This document shows positions 20,081 through 30,198 of a stretch of 64,000 nt of DNA, piece after piece. A program made the translations under genes and the position numbers. How positions within the stretch are numbered: the first letter of the stretch is position 1; every line of letters starts with the position of its first letter. The notes beneath the pieces were generated by a model. It was not told where the DNA came from and made no database searches. It was given only the letters and a program-made list of their open reading frames with translations. Where the stretch lies: positions 1 to 64,000 of the forward strand of contig CAWAXX010000017.1 of the NCBI GenBank assembly GCA_963786105.1, given 5' to 3'. The DNA comes from Vulcanimicrobiota bacterium (lineage in GTDB: Bacteria; Vulcanimicrobiota; Vulcanimicrobiia; Vulcanimicrobiales; Vulcanimicrobiaceae).

Positions 20081-21135
20081 AAACCACGCGCAACACGGTC
20101 GCAGAGTACCTGCCGCGCGATTGGATCTTTCCGATCGTTCTCGCGATTTTCGTCGCGGTCGTCGTTTGGTTTGGGCGCCAAATTCACGACTTTCTGCTGC
20201 CGCCCTCGGATACCGTGACGTTACCGTCGTTCGTCGGTCAAACGCTGACCGACGCGAATGCCGAAATTGCGCGCTTGAAACTCTCGTCGTCGGTCGTCGA
20301 CCATACGCCCAGCGATCGCTATCCCAAAAACGTCGTGATCATGCAACGGCCTGAGGCGGGCGAACAAGCCCGTGAAGGCCGGCAGATATCGTTCGTGATT
20401 AGCGACGGCATCGTCGCGCACCTGATGCCGGATCTGCGCTATCAATCGATGCGCGAAGTGCAGCTCGACCTCTCGCGCGTGCACATGAAACTCGGGAAAG
20501 TGACGTACGTGAAGAGCGACATCATTCCCGAAGGCCACGTCATTTCGCAAGATCCGGCGCCGTTATCGAGCGTCCAGGAAGGCGATCCGGTCACGCTGGT
20601 CGTCAGTCGCGGCGGCCTATCGGTATTGCAGGTGCCGACCTTCACCGGCATGCGCATCGACGACGCGCGGGCGCTTGCGCAACGGTCCGGCGTGAAACTC
20701 GGGCAAATCGTGTGGACGCCGCTCGGTCCAAACGGTCCCCCGCACGGCGCAGTGGTTCGCCAAATTCCGGAGCCGAAGGGAAAGATTGCCTCCTTCGAGC
20801 CGGTGTCGTTGCAAGTCAGCGCCGGACCGTTCGAGTCGGGATATCTCATTCGGCAAGTGCGCGTGCTGGTTTCGGTCCCGGTGCCGGATCAGACGCAGAA
20901 CGGCCAGCAACTCGACGTGAGACTGACGGTCACCGATGCAACCGGAAAATACGATCTCTATCGTGCCTTCGCCGAGCCGGGTCAGAAGTTGGACTTCACG
21001 GTGACGGCCGTCGGTACGTCGCTCGTCGATATGTACGTCAACGACGTGCTGGTCGGCGAAACGCGGCTGGGCGCCGAGCCGCCGGTAGTCTACGGTAAGA
21101 AACCGGCGTCGCCGCGGCCGGAGAGTTCGCCATGA
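20077..21135 (+). CDS. Membrane-anchored PASTA-domain protein with no kinase domain; probable CTG start
   Basis: Three PASTA-like repeats (LPSFVGQTL, MPDLRYQS, VPTFTGMRI). A TM segment WIFPIVLAIFVAVVVWF lies in frame upstream of the first GTG (20215). Confidence 0.82.
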   Translation: MKTTRNTVAEYLPRDWIFPIVLAIFVAVVVWFGRQIHDFLLPPSDTVTLPSFVGQTLTDANAEIARLKLSSSVVDHTPSDRYPKNVVIMQRPEAGEQAREGRQISFVISDGIVAHLMPDLRYQSMREVQLDLSRVHMKLGKVTYVKSDIIPEGHVISQDPAPLSSVQEGDPVTLVVSRGGLSVLQVPTFTGMRIDDARALAQRSGVKLGQIVWTPLGPNGPPHGAVVRQIPEPKGKIASFEPVSLQVSAGPFESGYLIRQVRVLVSVPVPDQTQNGQQLDVRLTVTDATGKYDLYRAFAEPGQKLDFTVTAVGTSLVDMYVNDVLVGETRLGAEPPVVYGKKPASPRPESSP

Positions 21136-21791
21136 CGGAGGTGAAGCTCGCGCCGTCGCTGTTGTCGGCGAATTTCGCCCGCATAGCCGACCAAATCGCC
21201 GACGTGCAGAACGCCGGTGCCGACTACCTGCACCTCGACGTCATGGACGGACGGTTCGTCCCCAACATCACGTGGGGTCCGAAGATCATCGGCGATTTGC
21301 GACCGCTCTCGCCGCTGGTATTCGACGCACACCTAATGATCGTCGAACCCGAGCGCTACGTCGACGAGTTTCGTGCGGTGGGCTGCGATCGCATCACGTT
21401 CCATCTCGAGGCGACGCCCCACGCCCAGCGTTTGCTCGTGCACGTCCGCTCGATCGGAGCGAAGGCCGGCGTTGCGATTACGCCGCAAACCCCCGTGGCG
21501 ATGTTGCAAGACATTATCGAAGACTGCGATACGGTGTTGGTGATGAGCGTCAACCCCGGCTTCTCGGGACAAACGTTCATCGCACGCACGTTCGAGAAAG
21601 TCCGCGAAGCACGTGCGATGATCGACGACCGAGGCGTTCACTGTTCGATCGAAGTCGACGGCGGGGTCGGCGAGCGGAACGCGCGCGAATTGGTGGATGC
21701 CGGAGCCGACGTGCTGGTCATGGGCTCGACCATCTTCGATGCCCCCGACCCTGGCGCGGAACTGCGCCGCATTCGCGCCCTCGTTTCGTGA
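21132..21791 (+). CDS. rpe: Ribulose-phosphate 3-epimerase
   Basis: LAPSLLSANF, HLDVMDGRFVPNITWG, MSVNPGFSGQ, EVDGGV. Confidence 0.96.
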   Translation: MTEVKLAPSLLSANFARIADQIADVQNAGADYLHLDVMDGRFVPNITWGPKIIGDLRPLSPLVFDAHLMIVEPERYVDEFRAVGCDRITFHLEATPHAQRLLVHVRSIGAKAGVAITPQTPVAMLQDIIEDCDTVLVMSVNPGFSGQTFIARTFEKVREARAMIDDRGVHCSIEVDGGVGERNARELVDAGADVLVMGSTIFDAPDPGAELRRIRALVS

Positions 21792-22786
21792 AAGCCACGA
21801 TCGCGGGCCCGCCCCTGCGCGAAGACGACGTCATCGCGGCGATTCGCACGATGGTCGAACCCGGTCTTCATCGTCGCGTCGTGCTCGGCATCGGCGACGA
21901 CGCCGCGTTGTGGCAGCCTTCGCGCTCGCATCGCAGCGCGATCACGACCGACATGCTGGTCGAGGGCGTGCACTTTACGCGCTCGCTGATGTCGCTGCGC
22001 GACGCCGGATGGCGCGCGATGATGGCCAACGCGAGCGATCTGGCGGCAATGGGGGCGCGCCCGTTACTTGCGACGGTCGCGCTCGGCGTGCCGCCAGACG
22101 CCGGATTCGACGACGTGCGCGAACTCTACGGTGGGCTCGCCGAGGCCGCGAAGGCCGCCGGCCTGGATATCGTCGGCGGCGATCTTTCGCGCGCACCGGC
22201 GCTGACGATGGCGATCGCCGCGATCGGCGAAGTGCGGGCATCGAACGTCAAAACACGCGCCGGCGGCGGCCCGGGGGCGATATTGGCGGTCACGGGCGAA
22301 CTCGGCGCGGCGCGGGCGGGTTTGGATGCCGCCGGCAATCCGCGTCTACTTCCGGAGCAGCTCGCGCGCGACGCGCTGGCGGCCTTTCGCCGTCCGCATG
22401 CGCGGTGCGCCGAAGGACGGTTCTTCGGCGCGAGCCGAAACGTGCGAGCGATGATGGATTGTTCCGATGGATTGTCCACCGATCTCGACCGTTTGTGCGC
22501 CGCCAGCCGTTGCGGAGCACTCGTCGAGAGCGTGCCGGTGGCCGGCGCCGCCCGAGCGGCGGCTACCCGATTAGGTGAAGATCCGGAGCGATATGCACTG
22601 GCCGGCGGTGAGGATTTTGAGCTGCTGGTTGCCGTCGTGCCGCGCGCGTTCGCCCATATCGCGCAACGCTTTGCCGCCCGATTTGCGCGGCCGCTTCATC
22701 GCGTCGGCGTGCTGCGCGCGGCGCCTGGGATCGAATTTCGCGGCGAACGGCTGCAGCGCTCCGGCTGGGACCACTTTACGGCGTGA
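21788..22786 (+). CDS. thiL: Thiamine-monophosphate kinase
   Basis: LGIGDDAA, TDMLVEGVHF, NASDLAAMGARP, MDCSDGL, GGEDFELL, GWDHF. Confidence 0.95.
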   Translation: MKATIAGPPLREDDVIAAIRTMVEPGLHRRVVLGIGDDAALWQPSRSHRSAITTDMLVEGVHFTRSLMSLRDAGWRAMMANASDLAAMGARPLLATVALGVPPDAGFDDVRELYGGLAEAAKAAGLDIVGGDLSRAPALTMAIAAIGEVRASNVKTRAGGGPGAILAVTGELGAARAGLDAAGNPRLLPEQLARDALAAFRRPHARCAEGRFFGASRNVRAMMDCSDGLSTDLDRLCAASRCGALVESVPVAGAARAAATRLGEDPERYALAGGEDFELLVAVVPRAFAHIAQRFAARFARPLHRVGVLRAAPGIEFRGERLQRSGWDHFTA

Positions 22787-22789
22787 GCC

Positions 22790-23221
22790 GTGGATAACGC
22801 CGACGCGTTCGACATCCGCTTGGGTAACGCCGAGACCGCGCACCTCCGTATGGAAGTCGTCGGCTACGAGCATCCCGAGGTTGCCGAGCCCCACGGATTC
22901 GACTTGCTGCAGTGCAACGCACACGCGAGCGCTGCGCCCGTGCAGGCGACGTTTGCGTATTCGGTTCGGGTCATCGAATTGCTCGAGCTGCGGGCGTACC
23001 TCGCGCAAATCAACTCGGGCAACGGACCGCCCGCGGCCTTCGCAATCGCCGGCGGACTATTAAATCTGTCGTTCGCTCCCAGCCGCCGCGGGCCGGTGCT
23101 GTGCGCGGTTCTGCTCAAGAACATCGACGTCTCGCACGTGCGCTTAGAGTTCATGATCGCGCTCGAGCCGCCTGATATCTCGCTTGCGCTCGAAGACCTC
23201 AGCCGTCTTCCGCGGAACTAG
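22790..23221 (+). CDS. Hypothetical protein with weak resemblance to WapI-like proteins
   Basis: Intact 143-aa ORF in the operon; pattern EVVGYEHP...EL..L...L. Family call is recall only. Confidence 0.5.
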   Translation: MDNADAFDIRLGNAETAHLRMEVVGYEHPEVAEPHGFDLLQCNAHASAAPVQATFAYSVRVIELLELRAYLAQINSGNGPPAAFAIAGGLLNLSFAPSRRGPVLCAVLLKNIDVSHVRLEFMIALEPPDISLALEDLSRLPRN

Positions 23222-23409
23222 GCTTTGCGGGTTATGCGCTTGGAGCGCAGGCACTGCGTGCACACCTTTGCGGTGCGGTGCGTGCCGCGTTCGTCTACCT
23301 TCACCGACTGCAGATTGGGCAGCCAGCGACGCCGCGTTTTATTCATGGCGTGGCTGACGTTGTTGCCCGCTCGGGGGCCTTTGCCACAGACTTCACAGCG
23401 CTTCGCCAT
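23218..23409 (-). CDS. rpmB: 50S ribosomal protein L28 (zinc-binding type)
   Basis: [10 protein letters not shown]...[20 protein letters not shown]...VCTQCLRS. Confidence 0.96.
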   Translation of the reverse strand: MAKRCEVCGKGPRAGNNVSHAMNKTRRRWLPNLQSVKVDERGTHRTAKVCTQCLRSKRITRKA

Positions 23410-23551
23410 TGGGGTTCCTTCTTCGCGTAGGTGATGAGATAAACGTCGCAACCGGGCCATTCGCGCCTTCGCGACGACAACCCACGAATAGTATCACGGC
23501 GGCCCGGTGGCGAGCAAGGAATCCTCGCGGTGCTCCCAAAGACGGCCCGCC

Positions 23552-25144
23552 GTGGACGTGATCGTCTTGGACGGCCGAGGGTATGCCAAGTTCCTTGCCG
23601 CCGGCACCTACTTCCTCAGGAAGTATCGACAGGTTCTCAACGACCTGAACGTCTTTCCGGTTCCGGACGGGGACACCGGTACCAATATGTATCTGACGCT
23701 GCGCTCCGCGATGCTTGAAACGGCCAAGCTCGGGGATGCCTCGCTGTCGGAAGTGGCCGCTCGGGCCGCGCAGGGCAGCCTCATGGGGGCGCGCGGTAAC
23801 TCCGGAGTCATCATTTCGCAGATGCTCCGCGGGTTCGCGCATCACGTGCGCAACCGGGATCGCATCGATACCTTCGTGTTGGCTACGGGGATGCGCGAGG
23901 CGGCCGCGGCCGCGCGTCAAGCACTCGTGCGTCCGGTCGAGGGGACCATCATTTCGGTGGCCGACGCCGCCGCTGACGCCGCTTACCGGCTGGCCATCAA
24001 GGAACCGGACTTCTACCGGTTCGTCGCCGGTGTGCTGCGAGCCGCAAACGAGGCGCTCGATCGTACTCCGGATCAGCTGCCCGCACTAAAGGAGGCGGGC
24101 GTCGTCGATGCGGGCGGCGCCGGTTTCGTGTATTTCCTCGAGGGCATTCTCCGCTTCTTACCCGAGACGAAGGTGCGCGCGACGGCGTTTCCCCGCCGTC
24201 CGTCGCGTGCCAGCGTCTTCACGCCGCAGCAACGCGTCGGCGAAAACAAATTCTGCACCGAGTTCGTGCTCGAAAACGCGAACGTCGGCGTGGCGGAGTT
24301 GCGCCGCCTGCTCGAACCGCGCGGCGAATCGCTGCTGGTGATCGGAGCCGAACCGACCCTCAAGGTGCATATTCATACGGACAATCCGGAGAAAGTTCAA
24401 GAAACGGCCGCCAAGCACGGCACGCTCAGCCGGCTCAAAGTCGACAATATGGAGCGCCAACACACGGTGCTGGTCGTCGACAGGCCGGAACGCCGGTACT
24501 CCATCGTTGCGTTGGTTCCGGGCGACGGCTTCGAACGCATCGTTCGCGAACTCGGGGCCGAAGTCGTGGTTTCGAACGCGAAAAATCCGAGCGTACGCGA
24601 CCTGTTGCTGGCCGTCAACAAATGCTTGAACGACGACGTGTACCTCTTCGTCAACGACGCGAACGTGACGCTCGCCGCCGCCGAAGTCGCGCGGCTGACC
24701 GACAAAACGGTTCACGTCATCCCGACCCGCGACGTCGTTGGCGGGATCGCCGGTCTGTTCGCGTTCGGCCTGGCTAGCGGCGACGGCCCTCCCGACGATG
24801 CGGCGTTGCTGGCCTCCGCCGATCGGGTGCGCAGCGCGCACGTATTCTTTGCCGGTAAAGACGCGACGATCGGCGGCGTATCGGTTGCCAAAGGCCGGCC
24901 GGCAGGAGCCTACGACGGCGCGCTGTTGGGAGGCGAAACCCTTGCTGACGTTGCGCAGGCGGCGTTGCTCGCGATGGGGGCTGCGGCCGGAGGGCTCATC
25001 ACGCTCTATTATGGCGGCTCGCAAAAGGAAAAAGACGCGCAACGCCTGAGCGAACAGTTGCAAGCGGCTTTTCAGGATACCGGCGTCGAATACTACTACG
25101 GCGGTATGAAAAACGCCGAATACTGGTTATCGCTGGATGTATAG
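23552..25144 (+). CDS. fakA: DAK2-domain fatty acid kinase catalytic subunit
   Basis: LNVFPVPDGDTGTNM, GARGNSGVI, VVDAGGAG, CTEF, KVHIHT, NPS. Divergent from rpmB. Confidence 0.9.
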   Translation: MDVIVLDGRGYAKFLAAGTYFLRKYRQVLNDLNVFPVPDGDTGTNMYLTLRSAMLETAKLGDASLSEVAARAAQGSLMGARGNSGVIISQMLRGFAHHVRNRDRIDTFVLATGMREAAAAARQALVRPVEGTIISVADAAADAAYRLAIKEPDFYRFVAGVLRAANEALDRTPDQLPALKEAGVVDAGGAGFVYFLEGILRFLPETKVRATAFPRRPSRASVFTPQQRVGENKFCTEFVLENANVGVAELRRLLEPRGESLLVIGAEPTLKVHIHTDNPEKVQETAAKHGTLSRLKVDNMERQHTVLVVDRPERRYSIVALVPGDGFERIVRELGAEVVVSNAKNPSVRDLLLAVNKCLNDDVYLFVNDANVTLAAAEVARLTDKTVHVIPTRDVVGGIAGLFAFGLASGDGPPDDAALLASADRVRSAHVFFAGKDATIGGVSVAKGRPAGAYDGALLGGETLADVAQAALLAMGAAAGGLITLYYGGSQKEKDAQRLSEQLQAAFQDTGVEYYYGGMKNAEYWLSLDV

Positions 25145-26174
25145 AAGCCCGGAGGCTCTCCGGCCGCCGCGGATCGCCGTCGACGCCATGGGGGGCGACC
25201 ACGCCCCCGAAGAGGTCGTTGCCGGCGCGCTGCTCGCTGCGCAAGAATCGAACGCGGAGATCGTTTTGGTCGGCGATGAGCCGCGCGTTCGTGCCTTGCT
25301 GCGCGGTTCCAAGACCGGGACGATTTCGGTGCTGCACGCCCCCGAGGCGGTCCCGATGGCGCAAAGCGCGTCGGCGGCGCTGCGTTCGGCCGAGAGAACG
25401 TCGCTCGGCATCGCGGTCGGCCTGGTCAAACGCGGCGAAGCGGACGCGGTCGTCTCGGCCGGGAACAGCGGCGCATTCTTGGCAATCGCGCTTATCAAGC
25501 TGCGCACCATCGAGGGCGTTTCCCGCCCCGCCATCGCCACCGTCTGGCCCGCGCTCAATGGCCCGACCGTATTGCTCGATTCGGGGGCGAACGTCGACTG
25601 CCGCCCGGAGTGGTTGGTGCAGTTCGGGATCATGGGATCGGCCTATTCGAAGGGCGTGCTCAACGTCGAGAACCCGCGCGTTGCCGTACTTTCGGTCGGC
25701 GAAGAGCGTACCAAAGGCAATCAACTGGTACTCGAGACGGCCAAGTTGCTGGAAGCCGCACCGATCAACTTCATCGGCAACGTCGAGGGGCGCGATCTGT
25801 TTCACAACATCGCCGACGTTATCGTCGCGGATGGCTTCGTCGGCAACATCGTGCTGAAGACCGGTGAAGGCATGATCGCCGACCTGGCCATGGTGATGCG
25901 CGAGACGTTGCTTGGCGGCAGTTTGCTCACGAAACTCGGCACGGCGTTGCTCGCCCCGGCGCTGCGCGGGCTTCGCCGCAAATTCGATTACGAGACCTAC
26001 GGCGGGGCGCCGTTGCTCGGGTTGCGCGGTAACTGCATCGTGACGCACGGGCGCGCCAGCCGTAACGCGATAAAACACGCAACGCTGGCGGCCGTTCAAG
26101 AAGTGAATCACGACGTCGTCGGCAAGATCAGCGAGATGATGGCAACGTCGCATCCCGCAGCCGAGGAGGCATAG
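25137..26174 (+). CDS. plsX: Phosphate acyltransferase PlsX
   Basis: IAVDAMGGDHAP, VSAGNSGA, LDSGANVD, GEERTKGN, FIGNVEGRD, GGAPLLGL. Confidence 0.96.
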   Translation: MYRSPEALRPPRIAVDAMGGDHAPEEVVAGALLAAQESNAEIVLVGDEPRVRALLRGSKTGTISVLHAPEAVPMAQSASAALRSAERTSLGIAVGLVKRGEADAVVSAGNSGAFLAIALIKLRTIEGVSRPAIATVWPALNGPTVLLDSGANVDCRPEWLVQFGIMGSAYSKGVLNVENPRVAVLSVGEERTKGNQLVLETAKLLEAAPINFIGNVEGRDLFHNIADVIVADGFVGNIVLKTGEGMIADLAMVMRETLLGGSLLTKLGTALLAPALRGLRRKFDYETYGGAPLLGLRGNCIVTHGRASRNAIKHATLAAVQEVNHDVVGKISEMMATSHPAAEEA

Positions 26175-26214
26175 GGAACCGGTGAAGGGGTCCATGCACC
26201 GATCGCAACCGCTG

Positions 26215-26279
26215 TGTCATCCTGAGCGGAGCAGCTTTGTCATCCTGAGCGGAGGCGCGAAGCGCCGCAGTCGAAGGAC
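26215..26279 (+). repeat. Second copy of the TGTCATCCTGAGCGGAG REP family (one short and one full unit)
   Basis: TGTCATCCTGAGCGGAGC at 26215, then TGTCATCCTGAGCGGAG-hairpin-GCAGTCGAAGGAC at 26238-26279, matching 6297-6340. Confidence 0.85.
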
Positions 26280-26370
26280 AAGCCGTTTCAAAACTACTCG
26301 CCACCTTCGGGACGCGCGCGTTTCCGCGTCCGTGCGTGCGTCGACTTCTTCAGAGGTTCCCTAGCGCTTC

Positions 26371-27226
26371 GTGCCGGTGGCGATCGTTACCGATTCGACG
26401 TCGGACATCGAGCCTGCCAAAGCGCGATCGGCCGGCGTTACCGTGGTGCCGCTGTTCGTCGTATTCGGCGGTCGCAGTTATAAGGACTACGTCGAGCTGT
26501 CGCGTGAAGAGTTCTACCACAAGCTGCAAACCGAACCGGCATTGCCGACCACCTCGCAACCGACCGCGGCGATGTTCGAAGAGGCGTTCGCCCCGGCGGT
26601 TAAAGCCGGCGAAGACGTCCTTTGCATCGTGATCTCGTCGCAGCTCTCCGGTACGATGAACTCAGCGCAAGTGGCCGCGCGGCGTTTTCCAAACGCACGC
26701 ATTCACGTATACGACTCGCGAACGGTGGCCGGCGGGCTGGGAATGATGGTGCTGCACGCGCGCGCGCTAGCCGAACGCGGCGCGGCGTTGAACGACATCA
26801 CGGCGTCGCTCGACGATTGGCGTCAAAGCCAGCGCCTATACGCCTGCCTGCCAGACCTCTCGCATTTGCAGCGCACCGGACGCATCGGTCGCGCTCGGGC
26901 GACACTCGGCACGATGATGAAGATCGTTCCGGTGCTGTGCCTCAAAGACGGCCAAGTCGCGGCGGAAGCACAAGTGCGAACGTTTGCACGCGCGCAGGAA
27001 ACGATGCTGGACTTGATTCTCAAAGCGGCTCCGGCTACGCCGAAGGCGCGGTTCTTGGTGATGCATACCAACGCGCCGCATCTCGCGCAGGCGGCGGCGC
27101 AGAAGCTGCGGGAGCGGCTCGGCGGCGCCGAACCCGCGTTTCTCGAAATTTCGGGAGGCCGGCCCGGTGATCGCGACCCACGGCGGCCCCGGCGCAGTCG
27201 GTATTTTCGTCGCGCGGGGGGCCTGA
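26371..27226 (+). CDS. DegV family fatty-acid-binding protein (FakB); +1 frameshift near 27152
   Basis: IVTDSTSD, PTTSQP, ISSQLSGT, LQRTGRIG. The conserved end GPVIATHGGPGAVGI is in another frame after about 27152. Confidence 0.9.
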
Positions 27227-27242
27227 ACTGACTTCGGGGCGC

Positions 27243-28358
27243 TTGGGTGTCTACGTCCACCTTCCGTTCTGTCCGTATCTCTGTCCGTATTGCGATTTCG
27301 CCAAATGGCCTATGCGTGCGACCAGCGCCGCGCGTTATCTTGACGCGCTGTATGCCGAAATCGAGCGCGAACCGCGGGTTTGGGCCGCAACGCTTTTCTT
27401 GGGAGGCGGAACTCCGAACGCATACGAAGCGAGAACCGTGACCGAGCTCGTCGAGCGCCTACGCGCCCATTTCGGCGAATTTGAGGAAACGACGATCGAG
27501 TTGAACCCCGAGTTGGTTCGCGCGGAAGACTCTTTGCGCTACCGCGAAGCCGGAATCACGCGGCTCTCCATCGGCGTCCAATCGTTCGATTCGGGCGAAA
27601 TCGAAACGTTGGGTCGCAAGCACACGCCCGAGCAAATAGAACGGGCAGTCGAGTGGGGCCGCGCCGCCGGTGTGCCGTCTATCTCGCTCGATCTCATCTT
27701 CGGTGTACCGGGACAAACGGCGGCAAGTTGGCGCCGTTCGCTGGAACGCACGATCGGTCTCGAGGTCGATCACGTCTCAACCTACGGTCTGACCGTCGAA
27801 GCCGGCACTCCGTACGCAGCGTGGCACGAGCGCGAACCTGCGGCGTTCCTCGACGACACCGCGGAAGCCGAGTTGTACGGGCTCGCTATCGACACCTTAC
27901 AATCGGCCGGATACGAGCAATACGAAATCAGCAATTTCGCGCGTGCAGGCCATCGCTGCCGGCACAATGCGAACTACTGGGCCAACGGTGAGTATCTCGG
28001 GCTCGGCGTCGGCGCGGCTTCGTATCGCAACGGCGACCGTTCGGTGCATACGCGTTCGCTCGACGCCTACGTCGAAGCGGCGCTGGCGAACCGCCCCATT
28101 CCTTCGGAAACCGAACGCTTGGAAGGTCCCAAGCGTGTTGGCGAGGCGATCATGCTGGCGCTGCGCACGGCGCAAGGTGTCGGCCTAGGCGACTTCAAAA
28201 GGCGCTATGGTATCGACGTCGTTCGTCACTACGCACCGGTCGTGTCGCGCTTTACCGAGGCGGGACTGCTCGAACGAACGGAGGATCGCATGCGGCTTAC
28301 CGAGCGCGGCCGCTTCCTCGCCAATGACGTTTGCGGAGCATTTGTAACATTCGACTGA
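27243..28358 (+). CDS. hemW: Radical SAM heme chaperone HemW
   Basis: YVHLPFCPYLCPYCDF, GGGTP, RLSIGVQSF, YEISNFA, HNANYW. Confidence 0.92.
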   Translation: MGVYVHLPFCPYLCPYCDFAKWPMRATSAARYLDALYAEIEREPRVWAATLFLGGGTPNAYEARTVTELVERLRAHFGEFEETTIELNPELVRAEDSLRYREAGITRLSIGVQSFDSGEIETLGRKHTPEQIERAVEWGRAAGVPSISLDLIFGVPGQTAASWRRSLERTIGLEVDHVSTYGLTVEAGTPYAAWHEREPAAFLDDTAEAELYGLAIDTLQSAGYEQYEISNFARAGHRCRHNANYWANGEYLGLGVGAASYRNGDRSVHTRSLDAYVEAALANRPIPSETERLEGPKRVGEAIMLALRTAQGVGLGDFKRRYGIDVVRHYAPVVSRFTEAGLLERTEDRMRLTERGRFLANDVCGAFVTFD

Positions 28359-29473
28359 ACCCGGGCAAACTCACGGACCGTAACCTCGCAGGAACGGTCC
28401 TGCGCGCCGCGTTCATCGTCGTGTTCGGCGTCACCGGCTTCTTGCTGGGGCGCGAAGCCTACCTTCACGTATTTTCGCTTCACTTTGCAAGCGAAGGACT
28501 GCAGCTCGCATTTCTCGTGCTGTCGCCGGTCGCCGGCGCAATCGTCGGCGCACTGATCGCACCGCTCGCGCAATCGCTGTTCGAAGGCGAGCTTGATGTA
28601 GCGGAGCGCGCGATGGAGCGGCTTTCGCCCGCCGAAGTCGCCGGCGGGGCCGTCGGCTTGATCGTGGGATTGATCGTAGCGTTTCTCATCAAGAGCATTA
28701 TTTTCGAGGTGGTCTCCGGAATCGGGCGCGCCGGAACGTACGTCGCGATCGTGCTCTACTTGATCTTTGCGATTTTCGCGGCCTACCTGGGCGCGCGCGT
28801 CGGAGCGAAAATTCGCATCGTCCCGATTCCGAAAGAGTCCGCTGCGGGCGGTTCCGGTAACGCAACCAAGGTCGTCGACACGTCGTCGATCGTCGACGGA
28901 CGCATCGTGAAAATCGTGGAGTGCGGTTTTCTCGAGGGCGCGCTCATCGTTCCCCGCTTCGTGCTGCGCGAGTTGCAAGCAATCTCCGACTCGGTCGATC
29001 CGCTCAAGCGAATGCGCGGCCGGCGCGGATTCGACGTGCTTAGCCGCCTGCAGGAGCTTACGACGGTGGAAATCAGCGAGCGCGACTTCGACGACATGGC
29101 GCTGGGAAACGTCGACGCGCGCCTGGTGCGGCTGGCTCAAGAGCTTGGCGCGAAGCTCATTACGAACGATTACAATCTCAACCGCGTCGCCCACGTCGAA
29201 GGCGTCGAAGCGCTCAACGTCAACGAACTCGCCGATGCCGTCAAGCCGGTGGTCTTGCCCGGCGAAGAACTGCACGTCGCAGTCATTCGCGAAGGCAAGG
29301 AGATGAACCAGGGCGTCGGCTATCTGGAAGATGGAACGATGATCGTCGTCGAGCAAGGACGCCGTCTGATCGGCGAAGAGACCGACGTCGTGGTGACCAG
29401 CGTGTTGCAGACGGTCGCCGGCCGAATGATCTTCGCGCGTCCGAAACGTGAGAACGCGCCGGAGCCGCGGTAG
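28355..29473 (+). CDS. Membrane PIN/TRAM-domain protein (YacL family); start uncertain
   Basis: TM N-terminus, VDTSSIVDGRI, RGRRGFDVL, TNDYNLN, QGVGYLEDGTMIVVE, LQTVAGRMIFA. Directly upstream of ispD. Confidence 0.92.
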   Translation: MNPGKLTDRNLAGTVLRAAFIVVFGVTGFLLGREAYLHVFSLHFASEGLQLAFLVLSPVAGAIVGALIAPLAQSLFEGELDVAERAMERLSPAEVAGGAVGLIVGLIVAFLIKSIIFEVVSGIGRAGTYVAIVLYLIFAIFAAYLGARVGAKIRIVPIPKESAAGGSGNATKVVDTSSIVDGRIVKIVECGFLEGALIVPRFVLRELQAISDSVDPLKRMRGRRGFDVLSRLQELTTVEISERDFDDMALGNVDARLVRLAQELGAKLITNDYNLNRVAHVEGVEALNVNELADAVKPVVLPGEELHVAVIREGKEMNQGVGYLEDGTMIVVEQGRRLIGEETDVVVTSVLQTVAGRMIFARPKRENAPEPR

Positions 29474-29481
29474 TCCGGCAC

Positions 29482-30198
29482 GTGCGTTCGCGATCGGATT
29501 TCGCGGCCGTGATCGTGGCGGCCGGACGCGGGGAACGCTTCGGCCGCCCCAAACAGTTTCTCGATCTGGCCGGTCTCCCGATGGCCGGCTGGTCGATTCG
29601 CACGTTCGCAGAGATGCCCGAAGTCGCCGAGATCGTGGTCGTCACCGAATCGCCGTGGCTCGACCGGATGCGCGATTTGTGCGCGCGGATCGCGCCCGAT
29701 CGCGCGATTGGCGTGGTCGAAGGTGGCGCGACGCGTCAGGAAAGCGTTCGTAACGGGTTGCGAGCCGTGCCGGAACGCTGCGGCGCGGTGCTGGTGCACG
29801 ACGGCGCGCGACCGTTGGTTCGTGCCGGCGACGTGCGTGCCGCCATGGCCGGCGTCGGCGAGGGACGCGCGACCCTCCTCGCCCGCCGCGTCGTCGATAC
29901 GGTCAAAGTCGTCGATCCAGCCTCGCTCGTCGTGGTCAGCACCCCAAATCGCGAAACGTTGTGGGCGGCGCAAACGCCGCAATGCGCGTTGACGTCCGAT
30001 TTGCGACGCGCCCACGAGCGCGCACAACTTGAGAGCATTGAGGCGACCGACGATGCGGCACTGCTGGAGCGAATCGGCGTGCGGGTTACCATCGTTCCCG
30101 CATCGCACGAGAACTTCAAGGTAACGCTGCCCGAGGACGTCGGGCGCGCGGAAGCGCTGCTGCAGGATCGCACGTCGACGGCGGCGCGGAGGGCGTGA
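29482..30198 (+). CDS. ispD: 2-C-methyl-D-erythritol 4-phosphate cytidylyltransferase
   Basis: AAGRGERF, GGATRQESV, VHDGARP, AQTPQ, TDDA, NFKVT. Confidence 0.95.
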   Translation: MRSRSDFAAVIVAAGRGERFGRPKQFLDLAGLPMAGWSIRTFAEMPEVAEIVVVTESPWLDRMRDLCARIAPDRAIGVVEGGATRQESVRNGLRAVPERCGAVLVHDGARPLVRAGDVRAAMAGVGEGRATLLARRVVDTVKVVDPASLVVVSTPNRETLWAAQTPQCALTSDLRRAHERAQLESIEATDDAALLERIGVRVTIVPASHENFKVTLPEDVGRAEALLQDRTSTAARRA

